From: Leucoraja erinacea
Lineage: Eukaryota
Assembly: GCF_028641065.1 (NCBI RefSeq)
Contig: NC_073390.1
Coordinates: 31,000,001 to 31,064,000, forward strand
Length of the DNA stretch: 64,000 nucleotides
Direction: 5' to 3'
Positions 27,581 to 41,359 of the stretch are shown here, piece by piece. The notes beneath the pieces were generated by a model. The model saw only the letters and a program-made list of their open reading frames with translations, made no database searches and had not been told where the DNA came from. Every line of letters starts with the position of its first letter. Within the stretch, counting starts at the first letter, position 1. A program made the translations under genes and the position numbers.

Positions 27581-28243
27581 GAGACAGGTATGGTCACAGC
27601 TCTTATGGACACTGATACTGAGGTCTGGTCTAAGGACTCAATTGCTGATAAATGGAATTAGCATAGATAGGTATGCAATGGTTGCCAAGGAAATGGTGGG
27701 CCGAAGGACCCGTTTCCCTGCTGTATAAATCTGTGTGTCTAGATTACATATTGCATCCTGTGAAATTGCACATTAAAAAAACAGCTTTCTGTGCAAGAGG
27801 GATATCCTGTACAACAGCCAAAGCATAAGTTACAGAAGTAATGCATTGGGAAAAGCCTGAATAAACCCATTTTGGAACAATATGTTTGATTTTTATCAAT
27901 GTACTATGATGTAATGAACTTTCACTGAAGGCAAACAGGAGAACTGTTCATTAATATGATTATGATGCAATTTAAGGTGATTTTAAAGAAAGTGTAGAGG
28001 AATTTACAGCAAGGAAATCTTCACTGGAATTATGTGCTAATCCAACCAAATGATGCTCCAATACAGATGGTGGAATACATTGAATTCAAAGGATGTGAAT
28101 ATTGTATACCATAAAGATAAATGAAAATCATTGCAAAGAAATAAAGAAAAAAAGAAAACAGGTCCAAATAGAGATTCAGGAAAGGTTACTATTTTTATTT
28201 CCTAATTGTATTTTGTACTATTGTCTTGTCTTTTGCAGTCTTT

Positions 28244-28750
28244 AGGGCCTGTCCCACCAGCATGCGACTGCATGCGGCAAGCGCGACCAAACCGGAAGTG
28301 GGGGCCGCGCGGAGGTTGAGTGATCCCCGTACAGGGCCTGTCCCACGAGCATGCGACTGCATGCGGCGAGCGCGACCAAACCGGAAGCGGGGGCCGCGTG
28401 GAGGTTAAGTGGTCCCGTATGAGTTGACGTGAAGTTTGAGTGAAGTCCGCGGGGAGTTTGTGCTAGGCGTACGCCGTCAAGATGCTGCGTACGGCGTTGA
28501 GACGGTGCATACGCCCGTTGAGGCGGTGCGTACGGTCTCCATGCAGCTGTGGGCTGGCAGGCCGTTGCCGCGCAGAATTTTTGAACAATGTCAGTTTTTC
28601 AGAGCCCCGCGCGATGTCGAGACCAGCTCCGCACAACTCCATACGGCTCCGGCGATCTAAGTGGGATCGGCCCCGCGAGGCCGTACGGCTCAAGCGACCA
28701 CGTTAGGTCGTGCTTGCCGCATGTAGTCGCATGCTCGTGGGACATGCCCT
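28244..28750. mobile_element. PIF/Harbinger-type MITE with a tandemly duplicated left end
   Basis: TIRs agggcctgtcccac.agcatgcgac / gtcgcatgctcgtgggacatgccct, TTT on both sides, CpG-rich. An 89-bp left end is repeated at 28244 and 28333. Confidence 0.75.
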
Positions 28751-29450
28751 TTTTTCTATTCTCAGTCTTGCAGAATTTGTGTAATTTATGTATAATTTAT
28801 GATTAATTTAGAATCTTGTATGTGTCTGAGTCTATGTGTCTGTGATGCTGCTGCAAGCAAAATTTGCATTGCACCTCTACCTCATTGTACCTGTGCATAT
28901 GACGATAAACCCGACTTGACAATTATTGATAATGGGAAGATCAGCGTCATTCAAATAGTGGGGAATAATTGGTTGATTGGAAATTAATTAAATGCATTTA
29001 GATCTCATAAACACGAAGCCTAGGGTGAGCAAAAATAAGCCCGGTTGGGGTAAGTGTTATTTATAAATGGTCTTGGGAAATGGTACTTTGTGATCTCCTG
29101 CATGTTAAATTAGCTCCCATTGTTCAGTAAATAGACAATGGCACCATTTGAAATCACACCAGGTACACATTGTTATAAATCCAACCATATCTTACCTAAA
29201 CAGGTAAATATATTGTCAGCATTGTATTTGCTGTTCCAAGCTCACTGTCTTACCTCAAAAGTATGGTAAACTATCATTGTCATTGCATCTGGTATTGTGC
29301 TGTCTCAATACAAACGCAATGTAATATCATATTCCCCAAAAAGTATGCACTCAAAGATGCCGTTGTATCATGGGTTGGGAATCATTGTCAAAGGGAGGTT
29401 AAGAGTTGATATCATTCCTGGTTCAACAGCAATAATTCTCAATACAAGCA

Positions 29451-29787
29451 CGTAATAATAATAAATGTTTTATCAATAATTTTAAATAATAATAAATGTC
29501 TATCAAACTCTGAATATGGACATAGCACGCCTTGAAGAAATAAGACTCCGACTAATAGATAAATATGACCAATTCTTAAGGAGTTGGTCTCCTTTCATCG
29601 ACTTTTTGGAATCATGTGATGCAGCGGTGCCGTATTTGCCATTTCAGTTCATGACGCGGATAGAGTTATGATATAGATTCCTTTCTCAACAGCAATAATT
29701 TGGGGGCAGAAATTCAGAACACCGTAATAATAAATGTTTTATCAATAATTTTAAATAATAATAAATGTCTATCAAACTCTGAATATA
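29451..29787. repeat. ~65-bp AT-rich direct duplication around a short L1-like fragment
   Basis: cgtaataataaatgttttatcaataattttaaataataataaatgtctatcaaactctgaatat occurs at ~29451-29517 and ~29723-29787. Confidence 0.8.
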
Positions 29788-32700
29788 TACCTTATTTAAT
29801 TATTTAATATAGTTCAATTGGAGGAGAAAAATATTTCAAAAGATTCAACATTTCCAATGAGACCACAGCTGAACTCTGAAAATTGGAAAGATGCTAACAT
29901 CTTCAGAGCTATTTTGATAAGCTACTTCGTGAAGGACATAGCTTTACTAAAGAATAGTAAACCAGAGTAATTGCATCATTTGTACAGGGATTTCAGTGTC
30001 TCTGGAGCTCTGTGGAACTCATTGGGTTCTCAGCTTCTGGAGTAACATAGGTTTATATAGAAACAGGTCATTCAATCCAAACACTCCATACCAGTGTTTA
30101 ATGCTTCACTTGAGCTTCCTCCCATCTTTACTCAGCTAACTCTCAGTAACCCTCTATTCCCTCTATGTTCCTGTCGACTCTCCCCTTAAATGCATCAATA
30201 CTGTTCACCTCAACTTCTCCTTAAGGAGGTGAGTTCGACATTCTTACCAATCTTTGGGTAAAGTTTCTTCTCAATTCCTTACCATGTTACTTGATGACAA
30301 ACATATATTGACAACCTCAAGTTATGCTATTCCTCAGCAGTGAAAACATGTTGTTTTCCCCCCATCAGTATTTATTTTATCAAAGTGACACGTTAACATA
30401 TATAACACGTATATCCATCTCCTCCTCGAATATATTTAATTCCACACCCACTGGAAGAAAACATTTCTTTTGATCTCAATACTAAATTGCACACACCATG
30501 GTCCTGGAACTGTCCAGTCATCAGCAATTGTTTCCCCCTATATCTGGCCTGTCTACTTGTTAGAATTTTATAGGTTTTTACTGAGAGCAAGACTTCCATG
30601 CTCTTGTACTCAAATCCCCTTTCAATGAAGAGTGACACACCTTTCTAACTGCTTACTCCTTCTAAACTCTTGCTGTCAGTAAGGACACAGGTCTCACTGC
30701 ACCATCCATTGTCCCAGTCTATCACCACTCTCATGTCAGGGATCCAATGTTAACATCTTCTCTCTCAAAAATAGTGAACATCATTGCTCCTTCCCAGCAT
30801 TTTCATTCTACTGGAGACACAAGAAACTGCGACTGCTCAAATCCTAAGCAAAAATAAAATGCTGGAGGAACTGAGCAGGTCAGATAGCATCTATGGAGTG
30901 AAATAGACAGATAATGTTGCAAGTTTCAGACTGATGTGCAAATTTGAAGACTGAAGCCACTGGAGGTATAGCCCCTGTCACTTTCCATCAATATCCCCCC
31001 TCCAGCTTTATATTTTCACTCCTCTTATTTTAGATTCAAAAACTATAGAGCATAGTTTTGGTGAGAGGTAAGAGATTTAAGAGGGACCACAGGGGCAACA
31101 CTTTTATCAGAGGGTAGTTTGCATTTGGAATGAGCTACCTGAAAAAGTTATGGAAACAGATATAAATCCAACTTTTAACAGACGTTTGGACAGATATATG
31201 GAAAGGAAGTGTTTAGAGGGATATGGGTTAAATGCAGGCAAATGGGTCTAACCCAATTGCCAACTTGGTTGGCATGGATAAGGTCGACCGAATGCTAGTT
31301 TTTTTGCTCTACTGCTCTTTTATGATTCTGTGACTATCTGGATTCATGTTTCTAGGATTCAAGCATCACAAAAGTTAATTGCTAAGTTATGTCACAATTT
31401 TTTCCTAGCAGTTTTTGTTACCATCCATGTTAAATATACCCAGACACAGGTGCAGGATTCAACCTTGTGACACTGGAAGGATAGTGCGCAGAGGAATGGT
31501 TAGAAAATGATTAACTTACTAATCTCTGCACACCTCCCAATAAAGAATCTGGAACAGACAATACCCATTGCGATAATGTACAGTACAGTTTTATTCACTC
31601 CTTATGTTTGTGTGTGTCTAAACATGTATAGTTTGTATGTAGCTGTCTGCATCTATCTGTGGGCGTCTTTATGTCCAGAAATGCTACCTAACCCACTGAG
31701 TTATTCAAGCACTTTGTGTCTTTTTTTTTTGTAAGCCAACATCTGCAATTCCTTGTTTCTACTATTTACTGACGCTTGCTTGTTCTCTACAACCCTGCAC
31801 CATCACACAGCTCCAGAAGGCAGGGCAAAACTTTGTCCATTCCATCAGAAAGGAAGCACGCATTAAGCAAATTCTTTACATTTCACACTGATAAATGAGA
31901 GCATAAAGGAATGTTTAAAATTCATTATCTACCTGCCAGCACTTCAGCTCTTCAGTGAGTGTTTTCATTGGAAAGCAGTCGTTGCCTTTGGCTTCAATCC
32001 AACAATTGGTGTCTCAGGGCTAATGTACCTCAGCACCTGGTTAATCCCAACCCATTCGACCGAACTCTTTGCAATTTGTCATTCTGTTTTAGTTTATTAA
32101 TTCTCAGCTTCGGAAGTCGCAAGGATGTTCTGGCTAACAGGACCTCTACCAATTTTGAGGGGGGTACAATGGCTGCTTGCTGTGTGCAACATAATGTGGA
32201 TACCCTACCTTCAGGTAAACTGGTACCACTTGATGCATATTTGAAGCTCCAATTGTTTTATTAAAATTTCCACCAGTTTGTGTTTTCCTTTTACCAAAGA
32301 TGCTCACACACAGGGCAGAGGGGTGGTTGCATATAACTAGAGGTGTAGGAATTTAAATTCTGGGGGCATTCATTAAATGAATACAGTTCACAAAGTCCTG
32401 TTATCCGTTGACTTATCATCCGTGGATCGTGTACCAGTGAGGTCAGTCATGCGTTACTGACAGCTGCAGTAAATATAGCGTGCTACACCACAGCCCACTC
32501 CAGTGGTTGTATTCAGTGAATCTTGGTGGCCATGAGATGGACTGCAATTGATATCTTACGCTGGCAAAGTCGTGAAGTATCAACAGTCGCCGTGCAACGA
32601 GGATTGGGGTTGGGAACACTGGTGGTCTGGAATGTGGGAATGCTTCTAGCTAGAGCAAGAGTCCAGGCTGCTTGGATGCTTTGACCAGTGGAAACATGCA

Positions 32701-33164
32701 TAGAAGTTATTATTTCCACAGAGGGTTTGACTCTGTGGAAATAAATGTTTGACTCAGAGTGAGTGATTGCAGCCTTATTGTCATTGCCTGCGGCCTTACT
32801 AGCGTCAATGTGTTTTTTTAATCCACAGGAAGTCCATATCCCTATCCCCATATATCGATACCAGTAACAGGGACTTAGTGAACGTAAATGGGGATTTGCA
32901 TGTGTCCAGAGTGTTTTTAATGATTGTTGGCTGCAGTAAAGTGATCCCTGCACGTGCTGGCCACCTCTCAGTGCACTCTCGGAACCAGCTGTTCTGTAGA
33001 AAGGGCTCAAACCTGGAACTGACTGCATTTCCCTGGCCTTTCACCAATGGCCCATCAGACAGTTGAATATAAGAGTTGGAAATCCCTTGGGAGACTTCGT
33101 AGTAAACAGCTCAAACCTAGATTCGCTCCAGCATCTGCTCAAGTGTGCTCAAGATAAATAACTT

Positions 33165-34055
33165 GCCAGAATTCCTCCTCATAGGCCCCAAAGCCACTCT
33201 CACCATCGACGGCACCACTGTCTCCCCAGGCCCGCAACCTTGGCATGATCTTTGATTCCACCCTCTCCCTTGAGCCTCACATCCGCCATGTCATTAAAAC
33301 CTCCTTCTTTCATTTCCGCAACATCGCCAAACTCAGACCCTCTCTCACACCTCCCGCTGCTGAAAGACTCATCCATACCTTCATCTCCTCCCGACTGGAC
33401 TATTGCAACTCACTTCTCCTTGGCATCAGCTCCACCTACATCAACAGACTCCAACAGGTCCAGAACGCAGCCGCCCGACTCATCACCCACACCAAATCCT
33501 GGCATCACATCACTCCAGTCCTCAAACAACTTCACTGGCTTCCCATCTCCCACCGGATCACCTACAAAATCCTGATCCTCACCTACAAAGCCCTCCACCA
33601 TCTGGCCCCCCCATATCTCACTGACCTCCTCTCCCCCTACCAACCCTCATGGTCCCTCAGATCCACATCAGCCGGTCTCCTCTCCATCCACAAGTCCATC
33701 CTCTGCAGTTTTGGGGACAGAGCCTTCTCCAGGGCAGCTCCCAGGCTCTGGAACTCCCTCCCCCAACTGATCTGCAATTCCGTGTCCCTCACCATCTTCC
33801 AGTCCCGCCTCAAGACCCATCTCTTCACCTCTGCCTATCCTTAGCCCCACGTGCCGTCCCTTTTCCTCTGTGCATTAATTGCCTCATACTGTGTTTTGTA
33901 TTGAATTCTGTATTTACTTTGTGTACTAGTCATGTCTCTACTATTTATTTCATTCCCCTTACATGTTTTTCCTTTACCTGCTAAATATTTGTAAGGTGTC
34001 CTTGAGACTCTTGAAAGGCGCTCATAAATAAAATTTATTATTATTATTATTATTA
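33165..34055 (+). mobile_element. L2-clade LINE 3' end
   Basis: Open ORF IFDSTLSLEPHI...FISSRLDYCNSLL...LHWLPI...GDRAFSRAAPRLWNSLP, then a 3' UTR and a (TTA)n tail. Confidence 0.9.
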
Positions 34056-35133
34056 GAAGTGTAGATAAAAAACGACCAACTGTAAAATAAGATTCCCACA
34101 GTGATATCAGCAATTATCCTTCAACCTGCACAGGACTAGGGCACAGTGAAAAGCAACAGCACGGTACAAGGCATCTTTCGTGAATGGACTCTAATAGCTT
34201 CAAAGAAAATGGCAACAAAAGCCAACTTTGCCTCGTACGACACTCCAAATGTAACAAAACAAGGAAAGATTTTGATTGTTCACATTTTAATGCAGCCTAG
34301 CAATCTGTCACAGCCACTTCTATTTTGAAGGAAGTTTTGGATTATTTTTACATTTCCTGCAATGTATGAGAAAAACCAAAACTTCCATCAGCAAAAGTAG
34401 TCAAATAAAATCCTGCTAGTACCAACTTCAACAGAAATATATTCTGCTACACCCCATCCACCATTGTCCCTCCTCGCTGAATTTAACTAACCTATCTTCA
34501 AAGTGTTCATTTTTAATCCAATTGATAACAATAAAATCTCAAATAAATATTGATGATGGAAATACTCAGAAAATTAGGCAGCATCTGCGGATAGGAAAAC
34601 TCTGTTTCTCACCATAGATTCAGCCTGACCTGTTGAGTGTTTTCAGCATTATCTGTTTTTTGCTTAGAGTTCCAGGATAGTTTTCATTTACATCAACACC
34701 CTCTGCCATCTTCCTTTCCTCTGGTGCAGGAAAGTGCACTCTAGTTGTGGGTAAGCTAGGATGTACTGAGTTTTTTTGAGGTCTGGGTAAGTTACAGGAT
34801 TAAATCAGCAGTGGAATATTGGATGCATGCCAACTGTATGTGGTAGAATCCGTAATGTGATACCCTGATCAAACATTAGTTGGACCTGAACGGGTCGACC
34901 TGTCACTGAAGGCTGCTATTTCTTCCTCTTGATTCCAGGTAACCCTGCAGGCCAATGTGACATTGAAGCTAGGGTGAGCTAGGAGTGAGAGGCTTTCCAG
35001 TGATCTGAGCCAAGACGCTATGTGGTTTTAGCTGGTCGAACTCCAACAGTAACCCTGCACACACTTGTCTTTAAAACCGTAACTTGCCGACTCACTGTTT
35101 TAAATAGCCTTCTGTTTCTATGGATGTCTGGCA

Positions 35134-35573
35134 ATCAGAATTGGGACTTTGTGCAGCATTTTGATGTAAAGACACCTGTTGCTTAACCTTTAATTCCTCA
35201 AATACATAACTCAATTAGCACTGTCCTTACCCAAGCATAAAACATCAAACATCATCAATTTTATGATAAACAAAAATCTTGGAGAAACTCAGCGGGTGCA
35301 ACAGCATCTATGGAGCAAAGGAAATAGGCAACGTTTCGGGCCGAAACCCTTCTTCAGACTGATAGGTGGTGGGGGGGGTGGGGTGAGAGAAGAAAAGAAA
35401 AAGGAGGAGGAGCCCGAGGGCTGAGGGAGGGGAGGAGACAGCCCGAGGTTTTACGTGTTATCAGCTTTATGTTTGAGCAAGGACAGTGCTAATTGAGTTA
35501 TGTATTTGAGGAATGAAAGGTTAAGCAACAGGTGTCTTTACATCAAAATGCTGCACAATGTCCCAATTCCGAT
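35134..35573. repeat. 108-bp inverted repeat enclosing a Penelope-tail fragment
   Basis: 35134-35241 is the reverse complement of 35466-35573 with a few mismatches. Confidence 0.88.
35326..35361 (-). ncRNA. Minimal hammerhead-ribozyme-like motif, sense to SNED1 pre-mRNA
   Basis: Reverse complement of the motif at 21966-21999. Confidence 0.5.
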
Positions 35574-37462
35574 ACTGGCAAAGTGGATACATTCTGATTT
35601 GTTGCACGTACTTTGATTGCTGGAAACAGTTTGCCAAAGGTAGCAATGGCATTCTATGGGCATTTGCAGAAGTAACCAGTTCAAAAAAAAATTAGACATT
35701 TCATTAGCAAACCTCATTCTTCAAGCAAATTGGAACACTATGGAAAACAGTAAGTTCCTGTTATTGTGTTGCTACTTTCGAATAAACGTCTGGCATCCAA
35801 GCCTACTATAAGTGGATCCAGGCTTACCAACATTTTCCAAGGCGGTAAATGTGGCTGTCAATAGTTCTATATTTTGTGGGTGCGGATGCTCTGGTCCCAT
35901 ACTTGTGGCAATTTCACATCAGATTAGATTCACTGCAAGGTTTGAAGCCAGCTTCAAATGTATGTGCAGGAAGGACCTGCAGATGCAGGTTTAAACTGCA
36001 GATAGACACAAAAAACTGGAGTAACTCAGTGGGTCACACAGCATCGCTGGAGAAAAGGAGCAGGTGACATTGTGGGTCGAGACTTTTTTCAGACTCAGTC
36101 TGAAGAAGGATCTCAACCCACGTCGTCAGCTATTCCTTTGTTTCAGATGCTATGTTCTACCTTCTGTAATTACTAATTTAATTTTACAGATGAGGATTTC
36201 CACCTTTCTGAAAACCTACTGCTGAGGTTGTTCATAGTCGGTGGGGTAGGATGCATGGCTGGAATGGGCAGTGCATCTCCCCAGCCCTGCGGTGCTGCCT
36301 GCAGCAGTCTTGCTCCAAACCACAGCCAGTGCCGCAGACACTATATCAACTTAGGTTCCCCGAATTCCAGCTGCCAGCCAGGAACTGCAGCAGCCACCCG
36401 GCAGATTTTCAGGGAAACCGCGGCGAAGCTGCCAGCATCCACTGGCATTACTCGATAACACGGAGAGAAAATCCCATACCTCCAGTGTGAGCATGCAGAC
36501 GTCCAAAGGTGCCCGCAGATGTACACACTGGTTCTGCTGACTGCACTCTGATGCTGACTGCTCATAAGACAGTGTGTCATTACGGAATTTCCCCATCATT
36601 TATATAGAGGAACTGTTCCCACAAAGTGAATGCAAGGCAAGCAAGGTGACTTCCTGACGACGGTAAATAATGCATCAAAAGGGACTTTGGCAAATTGATC
36701 TTCACAGGGCCATTCTTCCTGTGATTGGAACTGCAAAGGTTGGGAAACGTCAACGAATAGGCGATAGTTACTCTTTACCCAGTATGGATAGAATTGATGT
36801 ACATCCTGAGGCCAACCAGAATGGGGTATGAATGGAAATGGAAATGGGAGTATCCTTCGAGATACTGCTGCTGCTTGTGAGTGTTTGTAAGTAGGACGGC
36901 TATGACGGTGGGTGAATGAGTGAGAAAGCGAGATAACCATACAAGAGCCATCTCCATCCATCGTCAGAGATTAAACGTTCTCCTTGGACATTCAAAAACA
37001 TTACTATTCTAGAAATGACCACCACCAACATCTTAGGATGTGGGATTATTTTGACATAGCTTTAAGCGCAGGTCAGAGATGACAATCCAGCAATAGGTTA
37101 TTTACATCCTGTCATTTCAAAGCCTTTCCATCACCTAGAATACACAGGTATGAGAGTGCAATTAAAATTAAAACACAAGGAGCTCAAATCCATCCAGAAT
37201 ATATTAATCCACTTGTTCATTACCTCACAATCCTAAACTACTGGGGAACTAGCCAATGCTATGAAATAAAAGTGACAAGACCTCCCAGAGCAACAGCCCC
37301 CACTGTCAAGCAGGCTGCATCCAAATTGGGTACCTTGCTGACCTGGAAATATACTGTTGCCACTTCATTGCCTTTTGATCTAACCAATACATTGAGGCAA
37401 TGGCCACCAGTTGACTGGCCGGCCAGCAAAAATGGAGACAGAAGCAATGGCAATAGCAATTT

Positions 37463-38900
37463 TTAAAGGGCAAATTTATTATGGGGAACAAGAAAATGGC
37501 AGACGAGTTGAACAGGTACTTTGGATCCATCATCACTGAGGAGGACACAAACAATCTCCCTGATGTACTAATGGCCAGAGGATCTAGGGTGATAGAGGAA
37601 CTGAAGGAAATTCACATTAGGCAGGAAATGGAGCTGGGTAGACTGATGGGACTGAAGGCTGATAAATCCCTAGGGCCTGATGGTCTACATCCCAGGGCAC
37701 TTAAGGAAATGGCTCTAGAAATCCTGGACGCATTGATGATCATTTTCCAATGTTCTATAGATCCAGGAGCAGTCCCTGTGGATTGGAGGGTAGCTAATGT
37801 TATCCCACTTTATAAGAAAGGCAAGAGAGAGAAAACAGGGAATCATAGACCAGTTAGCCTGACATCGGTGGTGGGAAAGATGCTGGAGGCAATTGTAAAA
37901 GATGAAATAACAGCACATGTGGATAGCAGTAGCAGGATCGGTCTGAGTCTGTATGGATTTACGAAGGGGAAATCATGCTTGACTAATCTTCTGGAATTTT
38001 TTGAGGTTGTAACTAGGACAATGAACAAGGGAGAGCCAGTGGATGTAGTGTACCTGGACTTTCAGAAACCCTTTGATAAGGTCCCACATTGAAGATTAGT
38101 GTGCAAAATTAGAGCACATGGTATTGGTGTAGGGTGCTGACATGGATAGAAAATTGGTTGGCAGGCAGGAAACAATGAGTGGGGATTAAAGGGCCTTTTT
38201 CAGAATGGCAGGCAGTGACTAGTGGGGTACCGCAAGGCTCGGTGCTGGGACTGCAGCTATTTACAATATATATTAATGATTTAGATGAAGGAATTAAAAG
38301 TAACATTAGCAAATTAGTAGATGACACAAAACTGGGTGGCAGTGTGAACTGTGAGGAGGATGCAGGGTGGCTTGGACAGGTTGGGTGAGTGGGCAGATGC
38401 ATGGTAGATGCAGTTTAATATGGATAAATCTGGTTCAGAAGGTTAATTCCCGAGATGGCAGGACTGTCATATGTTGATAGAATTATCATGGACTTATATA
38501 CTCTGGAATTTAGAAGGATGAGAGCGTATCTTATAGAAACATGTGCGATTATTAAGGGTTTGGACACGCCAGAGGCAGGAAACCTGTTCCCGATGTTGTG
38601 GGAGTCCAGAACCAGGGGGCACAGTTTAAGAATAAGGGGCAAGCCATTTAGAACGGAGATGAGGAAATACTTTTTCACAGATAGAGTTGTGAGCTGTGGA
38701 ATTCTCTGCCTCAGAGGGCGGTGAAGGCCGGTTCTCTGGATGCTTTCAGGAGAGAGTTAGAGCTCTTAAAGATAGCGGAGTCAAGGGATATGGGGAGAAG
38801 GCAGGAACGGGGGACTGATTGTGGATGATCACCCATGATCACACTGAATGGCGGTGCTGGCTCGAAGGGCCAAATGGCCTACTCCTACACCTATTGTCTA
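37463..38900 (+). mobile_element. CR1-clade LINE, 5'-truncated ORF2 (RT) with stops and deletions
   Basis: Motifs [55 protein letters not shown] and TRGHSLRI, followed by the CR1-type 3' tail. Confidence 0.92.
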
Positions 38901-40559
38901 CAACACAAAATCAATAGATCAATAGCAAGCATCAAAACTCAAAGGTGGAATTTTAACAATCATCAAAGAGGAGAAAGAGCTGCAGCGCACAGGCCTTGAA
39001 CCTGGTGAAACGCAGGAGGTGCCCGACCAGGACTCACCCCACAGAGCCCAGTCTCTCCACGCACTAGAATCTCCCAACCCCTGCAGAGTAGTTATTAGGA
39101 TGGCTGATCCATGGGCGGTTGCTGCTGGGATGCAAGTCGGGGCCTGATCAACCCCGGCTGGGTGGCCTGCGTGAGGGTGTCTGATGTTGTGAGACCCGAA
39201 ACACCAGATGACCCCAGATCACATCACTGAGGATGCGTCCCAACACATCTAGAAGATGTATATTTTTCACATTCAGCTAAAGGAGACCACTTGACAATAT
39301 ATTGGCATTACATAGTGCCTTTAATATAATGATCTACCGAACTTCACAGGTGTACATATAGATGATGTTACTGAGAGGCAGTATATTAGTGTGAAATGTG
39401 TGGGGAAAGGATATATTTTAACAGATGTGAGAGGTGCAAGAATGCAAAATTAATGCAAACGATTTTCTTGCTGCAATCAAATAAATAAGAATACCATATC
39501 CCCCCAACAACCTCACAGTCTCACCACCCCCATGTCATCAACTGTCTCAATAAACTGAGAAGAGTGAGGATGTTTGCACGATCACGTAGGACATTATTCA
39601 GTTCCACCAGTTTTAGTGTCAGCTCCATGAACTGACTGCAGTGGGTGGAAGGGAAAGATATACTGTCCAGCACTCACTGAAGATGTCACCATGTTCAGAG
39701 CAACCTGCTCAGTAGCAAGTGAGAATAAATTTAATAAACATTTTCTGCAAAAGAGTGATGTTGAGAGCACTTTAATAGGGCCACTGCTTCATTCCATGGT
39801 TAAACAGATTGGAAGAAAAAACTGTTTAACTACTGTAATATAGATCCAAAAGGCATGTTTTTTTTTACACTATTAGGTGCCTGGAATGTGTTGCCTGGGG
39901 AGGTAGTAGAAGCAGAAATGATACCAACACTCAAGAGTTATTTAGAGGGGCACATAAACAGGCAGGGAATGGAAGGCTAGAGACAACGCATAGGCAGATG
40001 AGATTAGATTGCATTGGCATCATGATCAACACTGACATAGTGGGCTGAAGACCCTATTGATTTGCTGTACACTGTTCTCAAAAAGTTCTGGTCCAAAGGG
40101 GAGTGAATAACTGTTAGGGGTACATTTACCAGGGGGTAAAAGAGAAGCTTAGAAGTTGGTTCCATTAGACCCTGGATGGCAATGTTGCTGAGAGGGCAAG
40201 GGCAGCATCTGATTGAGGACATCCTTGACCAAGGCAGCCTGCAGTGGAAAACTGTTTAAGGAGGGGATGCAGGGGAATAATGAATAGAACATAAATTAGG
40301 TATCAATATGATATTATAATTAGCAGGATTAATGCTGTTCTCTGCAGCTATGAAAGAGATCCCCAACGTTTATATTAACTCGCTCTCCCAAGTAAAGGGA
40401 TGTCTAAGGTAATAGACAGTAGGTGCAGGAGCAGGCCATTCGGCCCTTCGAGCCAGCACCGCCATTCAATGTGATCATGGTAAGAAGTATTGAAGCTAAG
40501 AACCGGTGACCATTCAGCACTTTGACCATGCTTCAACATTCAATGAGATCATGACTAAT

Positions 40560-40960
40560 TGTCTATGTTAACATAATTCTCTTGCCCTAATTCATTTTCC
40601 TTATAATATATAGAATCTATCAATCCGAGTTATGAATGCAGGCAGTGACTCTGATCTCTGCATATTTCTGGAGTAGGGAATTCCGGAGATTAACCACATG
40701 TTGAACGGTCTCCTCACTTCATTCCTAAATGGCCTACCCCTTATTTTGAGACTGTAATTCTCTGTTTTATATTCCTCAGCCAAGAAAAACATTCCCACCA
40801 TAGCTAACCTGCCCAGATTTCTAAGAATCTTATATGCTTTCAATGAGGTTGCCTCTCGTTCGTCTAAACTCTGGGAGAACAGATAACTTACTCAATCTCG
40901 CTTTGTAAGATGAACCCACAATCAGAACAACCAGTGTGGTGCATCTTTGCTCGACTTACT
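40560..40960 (-). mobile_element. CR1 LINE 3' fragment (degenerate)
   Basis: KAYKILRNL...SLKIRGRPFRNEVR. Confidence 0.65.
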
Positions 40961-41359
40961 CTGTGGTATCTATATCATTTAGTCATACAGCATAGAATCA
41001 GGCCATTTGGCCCAACTCGTCCATACTGACCAGGTTTAAGAACTGAACTACGCTTACTTGCATGCCTCCTAACCCCATTTTCTAGGTAAAGAATCCATAA
41101 TTTGCACAATACTACAAATGTACTATAATACTTTTCACCATGCCTGATATAATAGCAGCAAAAAGAATTTGAAAAGCGAAGTTGCAAACCTTCGTTGAAA
41201 CATGTTAGAGTAAGAAAATGGCAGGGCCAGGGAGTAATTCCTGCAGAGTAAAGGTGAGCAGGTGGGAACCAAATTATCTTAAAGAAATGACCTTGCATTA
41301 TTGCCCAAGTCAAGACTGTAATGGTATGGAGACTAACACATCGAGTGAATTCATAGAAG

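Noticed and set aside
32513-33066. 171-aa minus-strand ORF in intron 1
   Set aside because: No recognisable domain and no convincing splice signals. Likely a chance ORF.
33245-33844. Intact 199-aa ORF as a possible host gene
   Set aside because: It is the C-terminal part of L2 LINE ORF2, 5'-truncated and followed by the element's tail.
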